DNA of 64,000 nucleotides, from assembly GCA_902635945.1 (NCBI GenBank), contig CACPPU010000001.1, forward strand, positions 364,955-428,954, written 5' to 3'. The notes under the pieces are model-generated. The model saw only the letters and a list, made by a program, of their open reading frames with translations, was not told where the DNA came from and did not search any database. The position numbers and the translations under genes are program-made. The stretch is from an uncultured Candidatus Actinomarina sp. Lineage in GTDB: Bacteria; Actinomycetota; Acidimicrobiia; Actinomarinales; Actinomarinaceae. Below, piece after piece: positions 1-9,353 of the stretch. Position 1 is the stretch's first letter. Every line of letters starts with the position of its first letter.

Positions 1-2986
1 CATCAAAAATATTTGGATGATTTACAACATTTGGAGCTCCACCACCTCTGTACTGTTCCGCTGACGGATTGATTTCTCTAATTCTTGATCCATTTGGACC
101 ATAGCCATCTTGAGACATCATAACTACTCCATAGTGCCATTCTTCAGGATTTCCACCACCAAGCTGGTTGTCAATATCAAGTTTTACAACTATTACACCT
201 TTGTCTGGTACAACGACAATATCAAATTGATTAGTCACTAATTCTGACTCTCCACTTGGTAGTGACTTCCAAATCTGTGGTTCCCAACCTTCAATCACAA
301 TATGATATTCCCAACCAGACCTATCTGGCATTTTTCCAAACCTATAGTTACCTAACTGTTTTACTCCAGTGTCAGATCCAAAGTCTTTATCAATATACAC
401 GTCAATAGTTTGAACAGATAGACTCCTTGGAGATCCCCACGGGTTTTTTACAGCACTTAAAATATCAAAATTCATAACAAGACTTCCATCCGCAATGCCT
501 GCTGAAAATCCTTCAAAATCATAACTTCCAGGTATAAACACACCATCTGTTGGATAGGTGTATGAACCTTCTCCATAGTCATCTTTAATTGGATCTTTTA
601 TATCAATAAAGAGTTCGACATTTGACACTTCAGGTACAAAAAGTGCCAAAGGTCTTGAAGGTTCGATAAAACTATCGAATATATCTGAATAAAGTCTAAG
701 TTTAATTTTATCGCCAAAGCTAAGAGAACCGAGTTCACCTAATGGTATCTTTAGGTAAAGTTCATTACCTGATGCAGACACCTCAGTAGTTTCTTTTGTT
801 AAGCACGCTGTTGAGAAAGTTGCCTCTTTAACACTTCCCTCATTGGGTAAATCTCTTTTGGTACATATAAAGTATGAACTATTTTTAAGTTTTTCACCCC
901 TATGAAATATTGCCTGTGTTGTTTCAATTCCTAAAAACTCTTGATTAGAAGGTTCTCCATCTTTAAACGGTACAGAGGATCTTCTAATTTTTGTTCTTGA
1001 TGGGCTTTCTAAATAAATATCTAAATCAATATTTTTCCAAGGTTCTGCTTCTTGCATTGCGGAAGAAGATTTTTGGATAGCAACATACAAATGCTCGTCT
1101 GAGAATCTATATTGAATTTTAGAAATTATATCTGAAGTCTCGATAACTCCAGCGTCATTCCAAATATTAGAATTTGTTGTTCCGTTAACAAGTAAAGCTT
1201 GGTTCGAAGTCAAAATGGAGTCTGATTGTTTATCAAACAATTGAGCTGAAGGTGAGATGATTGGAATATCAAGATAAGCTGGTGGCTCTTCTCCAAGTGA
1301 CGAATAAACATTTTTTAGAAGGTTTCTAAATGCTGAACCAAAATAATCATCATTTCCACTAGATTGATCACTACCGTACCACCAAAACCAGTCCGACCCT
1401 TCGGCAAGCAGCATATAATCAAATGCTTGCTCAAGTTGTTTTTCTGTATAGTTATCAGATGCATTTGCTCTGTCATAGAAGGCTCTTGTTTTTTGTAAGT
1501 AATCCCATGCGTAGGTCTCTTCTGTCTCACCAATCCAGGTAGCAAAATTTGGTTGGAACCATGAGGCAGGAAACACTCTATCTAATTTTTCAATTGAGGG
1601 TCCATATTTTTCAATATATTCAGTTGGAGTAGTTGTTTTAAGCCAATCTGTTGTAGTTAGTGTTTCGTACATTAGGCTTAGGAAATCTATACCGTCATTT
1701 TGATAATGCTCCCATGCATTTTCGCCATCTAAAACAATTGATACCACAAGTGGTCTATCCATAGTTGTACTAACTTCTCTAGCAGCTTCAAGTGCTTTCA
1801 TCATATCTGCCACTGCCATCTCAGGTGACATTCCACTATAAGTAAAGCCAACTTGATCAGAAATAGATAAATCTCTAAAGAAAATGGCTACATCATCTTG
1901 TCTGTTTAATTGTCCATACCAAGGTGTATAAAGTACTTCAGGGTTAGTTACTATGCCATCCGTATTTCTTTTAAAAGTTGGAATATCTAAAGATTTTGAC
2001 AATACATGTTCACCAGTAGCAATCCACTTAACACCTTCTTTTGCAAACATACCTAATACTTCCTGGGATACTGCACCTTCTGCTGGCCACATTCCAGTTG
2101 GTCTCTGTCCTAAAAGTTTTTCAGCTAAATCCAAACCTTTCTCAACCTGAATCGCAGCATCTGTTGGTTTATTAAATCTATTTGTTGGAAGCTCTGCTCC
2201 TATATCACCAACTGCTGCCAAGTTTGTATCAAAGATTAATGGAAGGATTGGGTGGGCGTAAGGTGTGGTTGTTATTTCAATCTGACCACTTTTCCACAGT
2301 TCAGCATGAGTTGGAATAACCTTGTCTATCAGTTTTGAATGCTCATTTAGAAGAACAACTTTATCTTCTTCGGAATAATTTCTTCCTTTACTTACTAATC
2401 CTTTTAAAGGTTCTTGAGCTAAATATTTTGGATCTGTCCAAGCTAGATTAAACATGATTTGTAAATCAAGAAAATCTTGTGACGTCCAAGAAGACCAATT
2501 CTGATTATTGTTCCTTAGTTCAACATATCTAGGGAATCTTGCAATGACTTTTGGATTTGTATCAAAAAACCTCGACACAATAAAAGCTTTATCGTCATCA
2601 GATAATTTGTCTGAATCAATCTCCGTATAAAACCAATACAAATCCTTTGCGCCATTTGAAAAATCTTCTAGTTGTCTTAGAAGCACTGGGGTCAGGTTGA
2701 AAGTAGCTTTTAAGTCTGGATAATCTGCAACTAACTCCACCATATCTAGATAATCTTTAGTTGCGTGAACCCTCACCCAAGGTCTGGTGTAATAACCATC
2801 ATCATTTTTTGTATAAAAAGGTTGGTGTTGATGCCACATTAACATTACATATAGCTCCGGTTCGGTTTCTGTAATTTCCTCTATTGGTTGGGAAGTGGTT
2901 GTAATTGTTTCATCTAATTCATCAACTGAAGATGCATCACCACAAAAGATAAAAAATATTAAAAATAAAACAATGAATTTTTTCAT
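1..2986 (-). CDS. GH57-family alpha-glucan-active glycoside hydrolase, probable lipoprotein; the C-terminus runs off the window
   Basis: Absent from the ORF track because the frame is open to position 1. Manual reverse translation from the ATG at 2986-2984 gives MKKFIVLFLIFFIFCGDASSVDELDETITTTSQPIEEITETEPELYVMLMWHQHQPFYTKNDDGYYTRPWVRVHA. That is a signal peptide with Cys followed by the GH57 HQHQP block. Manual translation of 542-658 gives SRPLALFVPEVSNVELFIDIKDPIKDDYGEGSYTYPTDG, which resembles a glucodextranase-type C-terminal domain. The last codons in the window read NHPNIFD. Confidence 0.75.
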   Translation of the reverse strand, partial: MKKFIVLFLIFFIFCGDASSVDELDETITTTSQPIEEITETEPELYVMLMWHQHQPFYTKNDDGYYTRPWVRVHATKDYLDMVELVADYPDLKATFNLTPVLLRQLEDFSNGAKDLYWFYTEIDSDKLSDDDKAFIVSRFFDTNPKVIARFPRYVELRNNNQNWSSWTSQDFLDLQIMFNLAWTDPKYLAQEPLKGLVSKGRNYSEEDKVVLLNEHSKLIDKVIPTHAELWKSGQIEITTTPYAHPILPLIFDTNLAAVGDIGAELPTNRFNKPTDAAIQVEKGLDLAEKLLGQRPTGMWPAEGAVSQEVLGMFAKEGVKWIATGEHVLSKSLDIPTFKRNTDGIVTNPEVLYTPWYGQLNRQDDVAIFFRDLSISDQVGFTYSGMSPEMAVADMMKALEAAREVSTTMDRPLVVSIVLDGENAWEHYQNDGIDFLSLMYETLTTTDWLKTTTPTEYIEKYGPSIEKLDRVFPASWFQPNFATWIGETEETYAWDYLQKTRAFYDRANASDNYTEKQLEQAFDYMLLAEGSDWFWWYGSDQSSGNDDYFGSAFRNLLKNVYSSLGEEPPAYLDIPIISPSAQLFDKQSDSILTSNQALLVNGTTNSNIWNDAGVIETSDIISKIQYRFSDEHLYVAIQKSSSAMQEAEPWKNIDLDIYLESPSRTKIRRSSVPFKDGEPSNQEFLGIETTQAIFHRGEKLKNSSYFICTKRDLPNEGSVKEATFSTACLTKETTEVSASGNELYLKIPLGELGSLSFGDKIKLRLYSDIFDSFIEPSRPLALFVPEVSNVELFIDIKDPIKDDYGEGSYTYPTDGVFIPGSYDFEGFSAGIADGSLVMNFDILSAVKNPWGSPRSLSVQTIDVYIDKDFGSDTGVKQLGNYRFGKMPDRSGWEYHIVIEGWEPQIWKSLPSGESELVTNQFDIVVVPDKGVIVVKLDIDNQLGGGNPEEWHYGVVMMSQDGYGPNGSRIREINPSAEQYRGGGAPNVVNHPNIFD

Positions 2987-2991
2987 CTAGA

Positions 2992-4395
2992 TTATTTTAA
3001 AGGTTCGAGTTTAGCTGTAAAGTGTCTAAGTAATTTTGGTTGTTCAAGAATCTTATATCCTTTTAACTTATCTTTTTTCTCAGCTAACTTTTCTAAAACT
3101 TCAGCAACATAATCAAAATGACTTTGTGTGTATGTCCTTCTTGGAGCAGCAAGTCGAACAAGTTCATGTGTTGCAGGTGTATCGGGTTTCCCATTTTCAT
3201 TTGCTACACCAAAGGCAAGCGTTCCCAATTCGACAGCTCTCACACCACCAATTAAGTAGATTTCACAGGCAACAGAGTGCCCAGGGTATTCATGAGGTGG
3301 AATGTTTGGTAAAAAAGTTTTTGCATCAATATACAACGCATGACCACCTGCAGGTTGAACAACAGGTATGTCGTAACTCAATGCTTTTTCAGCTAAATAG
3401 GAAATTGATCTCGCACGATATTCTAAATAGTTTTTATCAGTTATTTCTTTAAGACCTTGTGCTAAAGCATCTAAATCTCTTCCTGCCAACCCCCCGTATG
3501 TTGGAAACCCCTCAGTGAGAATTAATAAATTTCTTGCAGCCTCTGCCATAACATCATCATTGAATGCAAGAACACCGCCAATATTGCCGAATCCATCTTT
3601 TTTCAAGCTAATTGTGCAACCATCAGCAAGCCGAAAAGCTTCTTTTGCTATTTCTCTTATTTCAACATCTTTATATTCTTCTTCTCGCTGTGAGACAAAC
3701 CATGCATTTTCTGCAAACCTACATGCATCAAGTAAAAACATCTTGTTGTGTTTTGTACAAAGCTCTTTAACTTTTTTTAAGTTATCCATTGAGACAGGTT
3801 GGCCACCGCCTGTGTTGTTTGTAATTGTCATCAATACAAATGGAATTTTGTTACTATCAGGCCCCTTCAAAAGTTCTTCTAATTTCTCTAAATCAACATT
3901 CCCTTTAAAAGGTGCAGGAGACAAAAGGTCTAAGCCCTCCTCACAAAGAAGATCTATAGGATTTGACTGTGCAAACTCAAAGTTCGCTCTTGTAGTATCA
4001 AAGTGGCTATTGCTTGGAATGATGTCGCCTTCCTTAACACTAATTGTTGCAAGAATTTTTTCACTTGCTCTCCCTTGATGTGTTGGGATTATGTGTTTGT
4101 ACCCAGTGAGATCAGAAAGCACTTCATGAAATCTCTGCCATGAATGTGACCCTGCATAGGATTCGTCTCCACGCATTATTGCTGCCCACTGTTCTGACGA
4201 CATCGACCCTGTACCCGAATCGGTGAGTAAGTCTATGGTTACCTCTTGTGATTTCAGTCCAAAAACATTCCAATGTTCCCTTTCAAGAAATTCTCTTCTC
4301 TCCTGTTCAGTTGTAATGGGTAAAGATTCAACAGATTTTATCTTAAAAGGCTCAATGATTGTTTTAAACTCCATAGACAAATTGTAACTAATCAT
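2992..4395 (-). CDS. Beta-eliminating lyase of the tryptophanase / tyrosine phenol-lyase family (PLP-dependent)
   Basis: The 467-aa protein has EPFKIKSVE...IDLLTDSGTGSMS...GDESYAGS...IPTHQGRASEKIL and the PLP-lysine context SLKKDGFGNIGG. These are characteristic of TnaA/TPL. The true start may be the Met at 4374 (MEFKTIIEPF). Confidence 0.8.
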   Translation of the reverse strand: MISYNLSMEFKTIIEPFKIKSVESLPITTEQERREFLEREHWNVFGLKSQEVTIDLLTDSGTGSMSSEQWAAIMRGDESYAGSHSWQRFHEVLSDLTGYKHIIPTHQGRASEKILATISVKEGDIIPSNSHFDTTRANFEFAQSNPIDLLCEEGLDLLSPAPFKGNVDLEKLEELLKGPDSNKIPFVLMTITNNTGGGQPVSMDNLKKVKELCTKHNKMFLLDACRFAENAWFVSQREEEYKDVEIREIAKEAFRLADGCTISLKKDGFGNIGGVLAFNDDVMAEAARNLLILTEGFPTYGGLAGRDLDALAQGLKEITDKNYLEYRARSISYLAEKALSYDIPVVQPAGGHALYIDAKTFLPNIPPHEYPGHSVACEIYLIGGVRAVELGTLAFGVANENGKPDTPATHELVRLAAPRRTYTQSHFDYVAEVLEKLAEKKDKLKGYKILEQPKLLRHFTAKLEPLK

Positions 4396-4416
4396 TTTTC
4401 AGATATCATAAAGTCT

Positions 4417-4893
4417 ATGGTTGAAATTCATAATTCTGTTGCAAAAATCTATGAAGAAAATAAAGAAACTCTCGAAATATTTGAATGCTTAGATGAATTT
4501 TCTGATACTCAAAACTTTTGCGATCATTATGGTTTTGACATTGAAGATTCCTGTAATGCAATTTTAATTAAAGCAAAGAAACCAGAAGAGTTTTACGCCA
4601 TGTTTTGTGTTTTGGGTGCAAACAGATTAGACGTAAATCATAAGGCTAAAGAGGCCATGGGAGCAAAGAGAGTTAGTTTTGCTTCAAGAGAAGAAGCTGA
4701 AACAGTGACTGGTCAAATATATGGGGGAATTAGTCCATTGGGATTGCCTGAAAATATTAAGGTTTACATGGATAAAAATGTAACTGATCGAGAAAAACTC
4801 TTTATAGGAGCTGGGAACAGAGTCTCTAAATTTTTTCTTTCGCCAGAAACTTTAATCCAGTTATCTAGTGCTACGGTACTAGATTTAACCTAG
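4417..4893 (+). CDS. YbaK/ProX-like aminoacyl-tRNA editing (trans-deacylase) domain protein
   Basis: 158 aa. The size and blocks such as GQIYGGISPLGLPENIKVYMDKNV and LFIGAGNR resemble the YbaK/EbsC fold. This is by-eye similarity only. Confidence 0.45.
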   Translation: MVEIHNSVAKIYEENKETLEIFECLDEFSDTQNFCDHYGFDIEDSCNAILIKAKKPEEFYAMFCVLGANRLDVNHKAKEAMGAKRVSFASREEAETVTGQIYGGISPLGLPENIKVYMDKNVTDREKLFIGAGNRVSKFFLSPETLIQLSSATVLDLT

Positions 4894-5328
4894 ACCGGTT
4901 CGACATAGACTTGCAGCTTGAGGAAGTAAAGCTTTACCATTAAATCCAGGAAGCCTACCACCTTGAAGATAGGTTTTTAAACTTCCTTTTATATTTTCAA
5001 ATTCGTCTGGATCTATCTTTTGTGGTTCGAGCAACACTTGGAGATTGTCTGGTAAACGTTCCTCTAAAAACTCTCTTTGTACACTATCCAGTTCATCAAC
5101 ATACTCTGATAGAAGATTTAAAGTTATTTCATAACTATCAATTACTTCAATACAGTTTTCATACTCTATTTTTGAAAGTGGGCTGGTGTCTACCTCATAG
5201 TCTGCCCTGTATTGAAAAAATAAAATAAGAATTACAAAAATTAACAATGTATACAGTAAGAATTTAAATGGCAATAAAACAATTTTTTTCACAGGCCAAA
5301 TTACAAATTTAAAAAGTCTTTTAATCAT
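4885..5328 (-). CDS. Hypothetical membrane-anchored protein
   Basis: 147 aa with one strongly hydrophobic N-terminal helix (LLPFKFLLYTLLIFVILILFF) followed by an acidic soluble domain. No family recognised. Confidence 0.35.
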   Translation of the reverse strand: MIKRLFKFVIWPVKKIVLLPFKFLLYTLLIFVILILFFQYRADYEVDTSPLSKIEYENCIEVIDSYEITLNLLSEYVDELDSVQREFLEERLPDNLQVLLEPQKIDPDEFENIKGSLKTYLQGGRLPGFNGKALLPQAASLCRTGLG

Positions 5329-5335
5329 GTAGTTT

Positions 5336-6130
5336 TTAGTTTAATGCTATTACGAGACACTGGCATGCACCGCCAGATTTCAGAAACTCAGATACATTAG
5401 CTACTTCAGCATTAAGACCAAGTCCCTCCACAGTTTTAATTGCTTCAATATCTTCTGAAGGAAAAATTACTGTGTTATTTATTACAACTGCATTACAAGC
5501 CAACTGGTTTGCATCGTGCTCTGAGACAGGAATAAGATTAAATAAACTTTCAAATGCACTTAATGATTGGTCTTTAAATGCCTCTGGATAAAAAATGGCA
5601 TCACCAGTAGGAAATTGTTGAAAACAAGTATCAAGATGATAAAACTTTTCTTGAGCAAGCTCAACAATGATTGGTTCTAGTTCAAATTCTTCTGCAATAA
5701 AAAGCAGGGCTTCTTTATCACTTCGAATGCCGTATGAACCAACTAAGTAATCGCCATAAACAAAAGCATCGCCTCTCCCCTCAAATTTAAACTCTGAAGG
5801 AATTCGTCCAACACTATATCCATTATTGCTAAACCAGTTCATATATAAATCTTCTTCACCACGTCTTTCTTCATATTTGAAATTTGCGATTAGTACATTT
5901 TTATCATTTATTATTCCCGAATTGGCTGTAAATACTAGGTCCGGATATTCCTCAGATGGAGGTACTACTTTTACTTCTGCTCCTGCTTTTTCAATTGTAG
6001 ATTTTAAATTATTCCACTGATCTTTTGCCAAATCTAAATTAACAGTTACACCGGCAACCATCCAGGGATTAATGGAGTACTCTACTTTGAAAAAATCGGG
6101 AGAACTCATGAGAACTTGTTTTTGACTCAT
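5336..6130 (-). CDS. Guanidino-group modifying enzyme (amidinotransferase / DDAH / arginine deiminase-like superfamily)
   Basis: 264 aa. The N-terminal PDFFKVEYSINPWM block and the C-terminal catalytic-Cys context SGGACQCLV are typical of this superfamily. Confidence 0.55.
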   Translation of the reverse strand: MSQKQVLMSSPDFFKVEYSINPWMVAGVTVNLDLAKDQWNNLKSTIEKAGAEVKVVPPSEEYPDLVFTANSGIINDKNVLIANFKYEERRGEEDLYMNWFSNNGYSVGRIPSEFKFEGRGDAFVYGDYLVGSYGIRSDKEALLFIAEEFELEPIIVELAQEKFYHLDTCFQQFPTGDAIFYPEAFKDQSLSAFESLFNLIPVSEHDANQLACNAVVINNTVIFPSEDIEAIKTVEGLGLNAEVANVSEFLKSGGACQCLVIALN

Positions 6131-6174
6131 ACTGATAGTTTACATTTTTATACATTAAATGTATATTCCTAGAT

Positions 6175-6696
6175 ATGAAAGATTATTTGTTTTCCCCAAT
6201 TAATAGTGACTTTGCAGCACAATGCCATGAATTAAACGAGAAAAATGTTCCAAACGTTGGAACAAAATCCTTAGACGGATTTATTAATCTCGTAGAAAAC
6301 TCTGATTACAACGAATGCATACTAAAAAACAATGAAGTTGTAGGATATGTAGTTTGTTTTCAAGATAATGAAAACACTATTAATTTCATGCGTGAGATAA
6401 AGCATAAAAACTTTAACGAGATTAAAAATAGAGTAAGTAATTTTTTATATATTGATAGAGTTGCTGTTGATAATGAACATAGAAAAAATAAACTAGGCAC
6501 ATCTCTTTATGAAAACACTCTTAATTTTGCGAAAGAAAATTTTATCAAACATTTAACTGCTGAGATAAATCTTCTTCCTTCTGTAAATGAAGCTTCATTC
6601 AAATTCCATAAGTCTTTTGGATTTAATGAAATACAAACTGTTAAATATTCTGAAGATTATGAGGTCTCATTACAAAAGCTCATAATAAATAGTTAG
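6175..6696 (+). CDS. GNAT-family N-acetyltransferase
   Basis: 173 aa. The block LYIDRVAVDNEHRKNKLGTSLY matches the GNAT motif A (R/Q-x-x-G-x-G/A) acetyl-CoA site context. Confidence 0.55.
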   Translation: MKDYLFSPINSDFAAQCHELNEKNVPNVGTKSLDGFINLVENSDYNECILKNNEVVGYVVCFQDNENTINFMREIKHKNFNEIKNRVSNFLYIDRVAVDNEHRKNKLGTSLYENTLNFAKENFIKHLTAEINLLPSVNEASFKFHKSFGFNEIQTVKYSEDYEVSLQKLIINS

Positions 6697-6705
6697 AATA
6701 AATCT

Positions 6706-6987
6706 ATGCAATTTGATTTACCTAGACGTCAGAGAAAAAGTTTTGAAGTTATTACAAAAACTGCCTTATCAGATAAATTAAATAAAGAACAGGCAATAGA
6801 GGTTTTTAACAAGATTAAAAAAGAATATGAAAACTCACCTAATACTTTTGGTTCATCTTCAGGAAAAAAAGAATCTGTAATGGAGTTATTAGTTATAGTG
6901 GGTAATCAAATTGCAGGTGAATATAAAGATTGTGAAGTTTCAATCAAACAAGGTGTTCCAGAAATTAATAAAATTAAATCTCAATAG
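6706..6987 (+). CDS. Hypothetical small protein
   Basis: 93-aa ORF in a co-directional, tightly packed gene string. No motif recognised. Confidence 0.3.
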   Translation: MQFDLPRRQRKSFEVITKTALSDKLNKEQAIEVFNKIKKEYENSPNTFGSSSGKKESVMELLVIVGNQIAGEYKDCEVSIKQGVPEINKIKSQ

Positions 6988-7589
6988 TGCAACTTCAATC
7001 ACTAACTATCGAATTTATTCTTCTCCAAATTAGTGTCGCTTTTAGCCCAGGACTAATTATTGCTTTGGTTGTTAATGAAGCAGTCCAAAAAGGAAGAAAA
7101 AATGCTCTTCAAGTTGCTTATGGTGCAGCAGCTGGTGCTATCGGAATAACCATAATCACTGCTGCCGTCATTACTTACATCTTTTCATTAATTCCTGAGA
7201 TACTCACTTTTATTTATATTTTTGGAATAATTTATATTGTTTATAAAGGAATCAAAACCATACAAGACAAAGGAGAGAGTCCTAAAGTCCTTGGCTCAGC
7301 ATCTTTTTTGTCAGGATTTAAGATTAACCTTGCTAATCCAAAGATGTGGGTTTTCTATTTGTCTGTATTGCCTTTGTTTATAACGGATGAATCTAATATT
7401 TTTTCTTCTCTTATTTATCTTGGAATTGTGACAATATTTATTAATCTTTTTGCCGACATCTCATATGCTTTACTGAGTAGTTATTTATTCAATAATTCAA
7501 CAACAAAAGTAAAAAGGTACATAAATATAATCAGCGGTGTCTGTTTGATTGGAATTGGTATCTATTTATTCTTCAGTAGATTTATCTGA
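6987..7589 (+). CDS. LysE/RhtB-type amino-acid efflux permease
   Basis: 200 aa with about 6 TM segments. Length, topology and the N-terminal SPGLIIALVV segment fit the LysE family. It has an alternative (GTG) start abutting the previous stop. Confidence 0.55.
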   Translation: MQLQSLTIEFILLQISVAFSPGLIIALVVNEAVQKGRKNALQVAYGAAAGAIGITIITAAVITYIFSLIPEILTFIYIFGIIYIVYKGIKTIQDKGESPKVLGSASFLSGFKINLANPKMWVFYLSVLPLFITDESNIFSSLIYLGIVTIFINLFADISYALLSSYLFNNSTTKVKRYINIISGVCLIGIGIYLFFSRFI

Positions 7590-8531
7590 ATCGTCTGAAA
7601 TTTTAGCTGAATCATCAGATTTCTCATCTTTAAAGAGTTCTGAAATTGCACCTATGCTTCCAAGAGTGGCTGATAAATCCGCCGGTAAGAAAATCTTTGT
7701 AGCATTACCATCAGCGACTTTTTCAAGTGACTCTAAATACTTAATTGCAATTAGATCATTTGTTGGGTCACCTTTGTGTATTGCTGCAAAAACTTTTTCT
7801 ATTGCTTCAGCTTCACCTTCAGCAATTGCAATTTTTTCATATTTTTGTGCATCAGCAACTTCCTTAAGAGCTTCTGCTTCACCAACTGCATCCAAAACTT
7901 GAGACTCTTTTCTTCCTTCTGCAGTAAGAATTGCTGCTCTTTTTTCACCTTCAGCTTCTGTAACTACAGCTCTTCTGTCCCTTTCAGCTTTCATAACTTT
8001 GTTCATAGCATCTTGAACATCTTGTGGTGGATCGATTCTCTGAATCTCAACTCTGACAACTCTTGTTCCCCATTTGTCAGTTGCTTCATCAAGAATAAGC
8101 TTTAGCTGAGTATTAATAGTCTCTCTTGAAGTTAATGCAGCATCTAACTCTAAGTCACCAACTACATTTCTTAAGTTTGTTTGTGCTAATTTTGTAGCAG
8201 CTTGAATAAAGTCCCCAACATTATAAACAAGCTTTTTTGGATCAGTTGGTTCATAGTAAATGATTGCATCAACTGTGATTGTCACATTGTCTTTTGTAAT
8301 AACTTCTTGTGGTGGAACATCAATAACTTGCTCTCTCATGTCTACGATGATTATTCTCTCTAAGCCAGGTATAACAATATTTAGACCAGATTTAGCCTCT
8401 CTATGAAACTTACCTAATCTTTCAACAAGTCCTGTCTCGAAAGGTCTAATAATTCTGAATATTCTAAATAATACAACCCCGAGTAATGCAATTATCACTA
8501 CCCATCTAACTATTCCAAATATAATTTCCAT
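7566..8531 (-). CDS. SPFH/band-7 (stomatin/HflKC-like) membrane scaffold protein
   Basis: 321 aa with an N-terminal TM, then ERLGKFHREAKSGLNIVIPGLERI...QEVITKDNVTITVDAIIYY...NLRNVVGDLELD and a coiled-coil AEGE-rich tail. This is the classic SPFH architecture. Confidence 0.85.
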   Translation of the reverse strand: MEIIFGIVRWVVIIALLGVVLFRIFRIIRPFETGLVERLGKFHREAKSGLNIVIPGLERIIIVDMREQVIDVPPQEVITKDNVTITVDAIIYYEPTDPKKLVYNVGDFIQAATKLAQTNLRNVVGDLELDAALTSRETINTQLKLILDEATDKWGTRVVRVEIQRIDPPQDVQDAMNKVMKAERDRRAVVTEAEGEKRAAILTAEGRKESQVLDAVGEAEALKEVADAQKYEKIAIAEGEAEAIEKVFAAIHKGDPTNDLIAIKYLESLEKVADGNATKIFLPADLSATLGSIGAISELFKDEKSDDSAKISDDSDKSTEE

Positions 8532-8540
8532 AATTTAAGT

Positions 8541-8975
8541 TTAACCTTCCTTTGTTTGTACTTCTAATTTAGTTCCATTTACACTTGTAACTTTTACCTC
8601 TGTTCCTGCTGGAATTCTTTTATCTAGTGAAACTACTTGCCAATCATCTCCATAAACATGCTGCAAGGTTGAGTCATATATATCAAGCTCCTCAGTTGTA
8701 ACGAATGTCATACCTAAATATTTATTTGCGCCTTCAGTAAAGCTTGTGCTTGTTTTCTTATCTTTGTTTCTAGGTCCAAAAACTTTTACTGATAAATACA
8801 CACCAACAAGGCTAAACACGATAAACGTAGAAAGCTGAATATTTTGACTGTCTGTAAATAGAGAAGCTACTCCAGCAAAAAAAGATCCTATAGCAAAAGG
8901 TAGTATAAAAAAAGTTGGAACTAAAAGTTCTGCCAATAATAGAACGGCTGCTGCAATGAACCAGATTTGTGTCAT
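8541..8975 (-). CDS. NfeD-family membrane protein (partner of the SPFH protein)
   Basis: 144 aa with 2-3 N-terminal TM helices and a C-terminal OB-like soluble domain (VVSLDKRIPAGTEVKVTSVNGTKLEV). It lies immediately upstream of the SPFH gene, as in NfeD-stomatin operons. Confidence 0.7.
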   Translation of the reverse strand: MTQIWFIAAAVLLLAELLVPTFFILPFAIGSFFAGVASLFTDSQNIQLSTFIVFSLVGVYLSVKVFGPRNKDKKTSTSFTEGANKYLGMTFVTTEELDIYDSTLQHVYGDDWQVVSLDKRIPAGTEVKVTSVNGTKLEVQTKEG

Positions 8976-8984
8976 AATGACAAT

Positions 8985-9353
8985 CTAATTATCTTGATCT
9001 TCCTTTTCAAGTTGTTCTTGTTCGAACCTGTTAAGTGCTAGTAAAAACATTACAAAAAGAATTCCGGAACCAACTAAGAAAGTTAATGGAATAATTCTTA
9101 TCTCGAATGCATTCAAACCATCAATATTTGCAGGAGCTGGACCTCGTGGAGCATAAAGTATAAAGAAAATTGAATTAATAACTCCCCAGCCAAATATTGC
9201 AGCACCAGTGATTAAAAAACCTAGTCTCTTTCCAACATTTGTAGCATTAAGTAAAAATGTAGACCCAGCAAATGTGATTATCGAACCAATAAACATAAGT
9301 ATTCCAGTAACTAATAAGTTAGAGGACAAAAGTGATCTCATTATTTCACGCAT
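8985..9353 (-). CDS. Small 4-TM membrane protein, last gene of the Rieske/cytochrome b operon
   Basis: 122 aa and hydrophobic. Its start overlaps the stop of the dihaem cytochrome c gene by 8 nt, which suggests translational coupling. Confidence 0.4.
   Translation of the reverse strand: MREIMRSLLSSNLLVTGILMFIGSIITFAGSTFLLNATNVGKRLGFLITGAAIFGWGVINSIFFILYAPRGPAPANIDGLNAFEIRIIPLTFLVGSGILFVMFLLALNRFEQEQLEKEDQDN

Noticed and set aside
1315-2150. Tracked ORFs 1315-1545 (-) and 1953-2150 (+)
   Set aside because: Both lie inside the long open GH57 frame (1-2986, minus strand), in other frames or on the other strand. They have low-complexity or odd composition and are shadow ORFs.
3036-4078. Plus-strand ORFs 3036-3452 and 3515-4078
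   Set aside because: They are antisense to the well-supported tryptophanase-family gene, with no motifs and biased composition. They are shadow ORFs.
7549-8105. Plus-strand ORFs 7549-7902 and 7776-8105
   Set aside because: They are antisense to the SPFH gene. Their Ser/Ala/Phe/Cys-rich translations are typical of the reverse frames of a coiled-coil gene.
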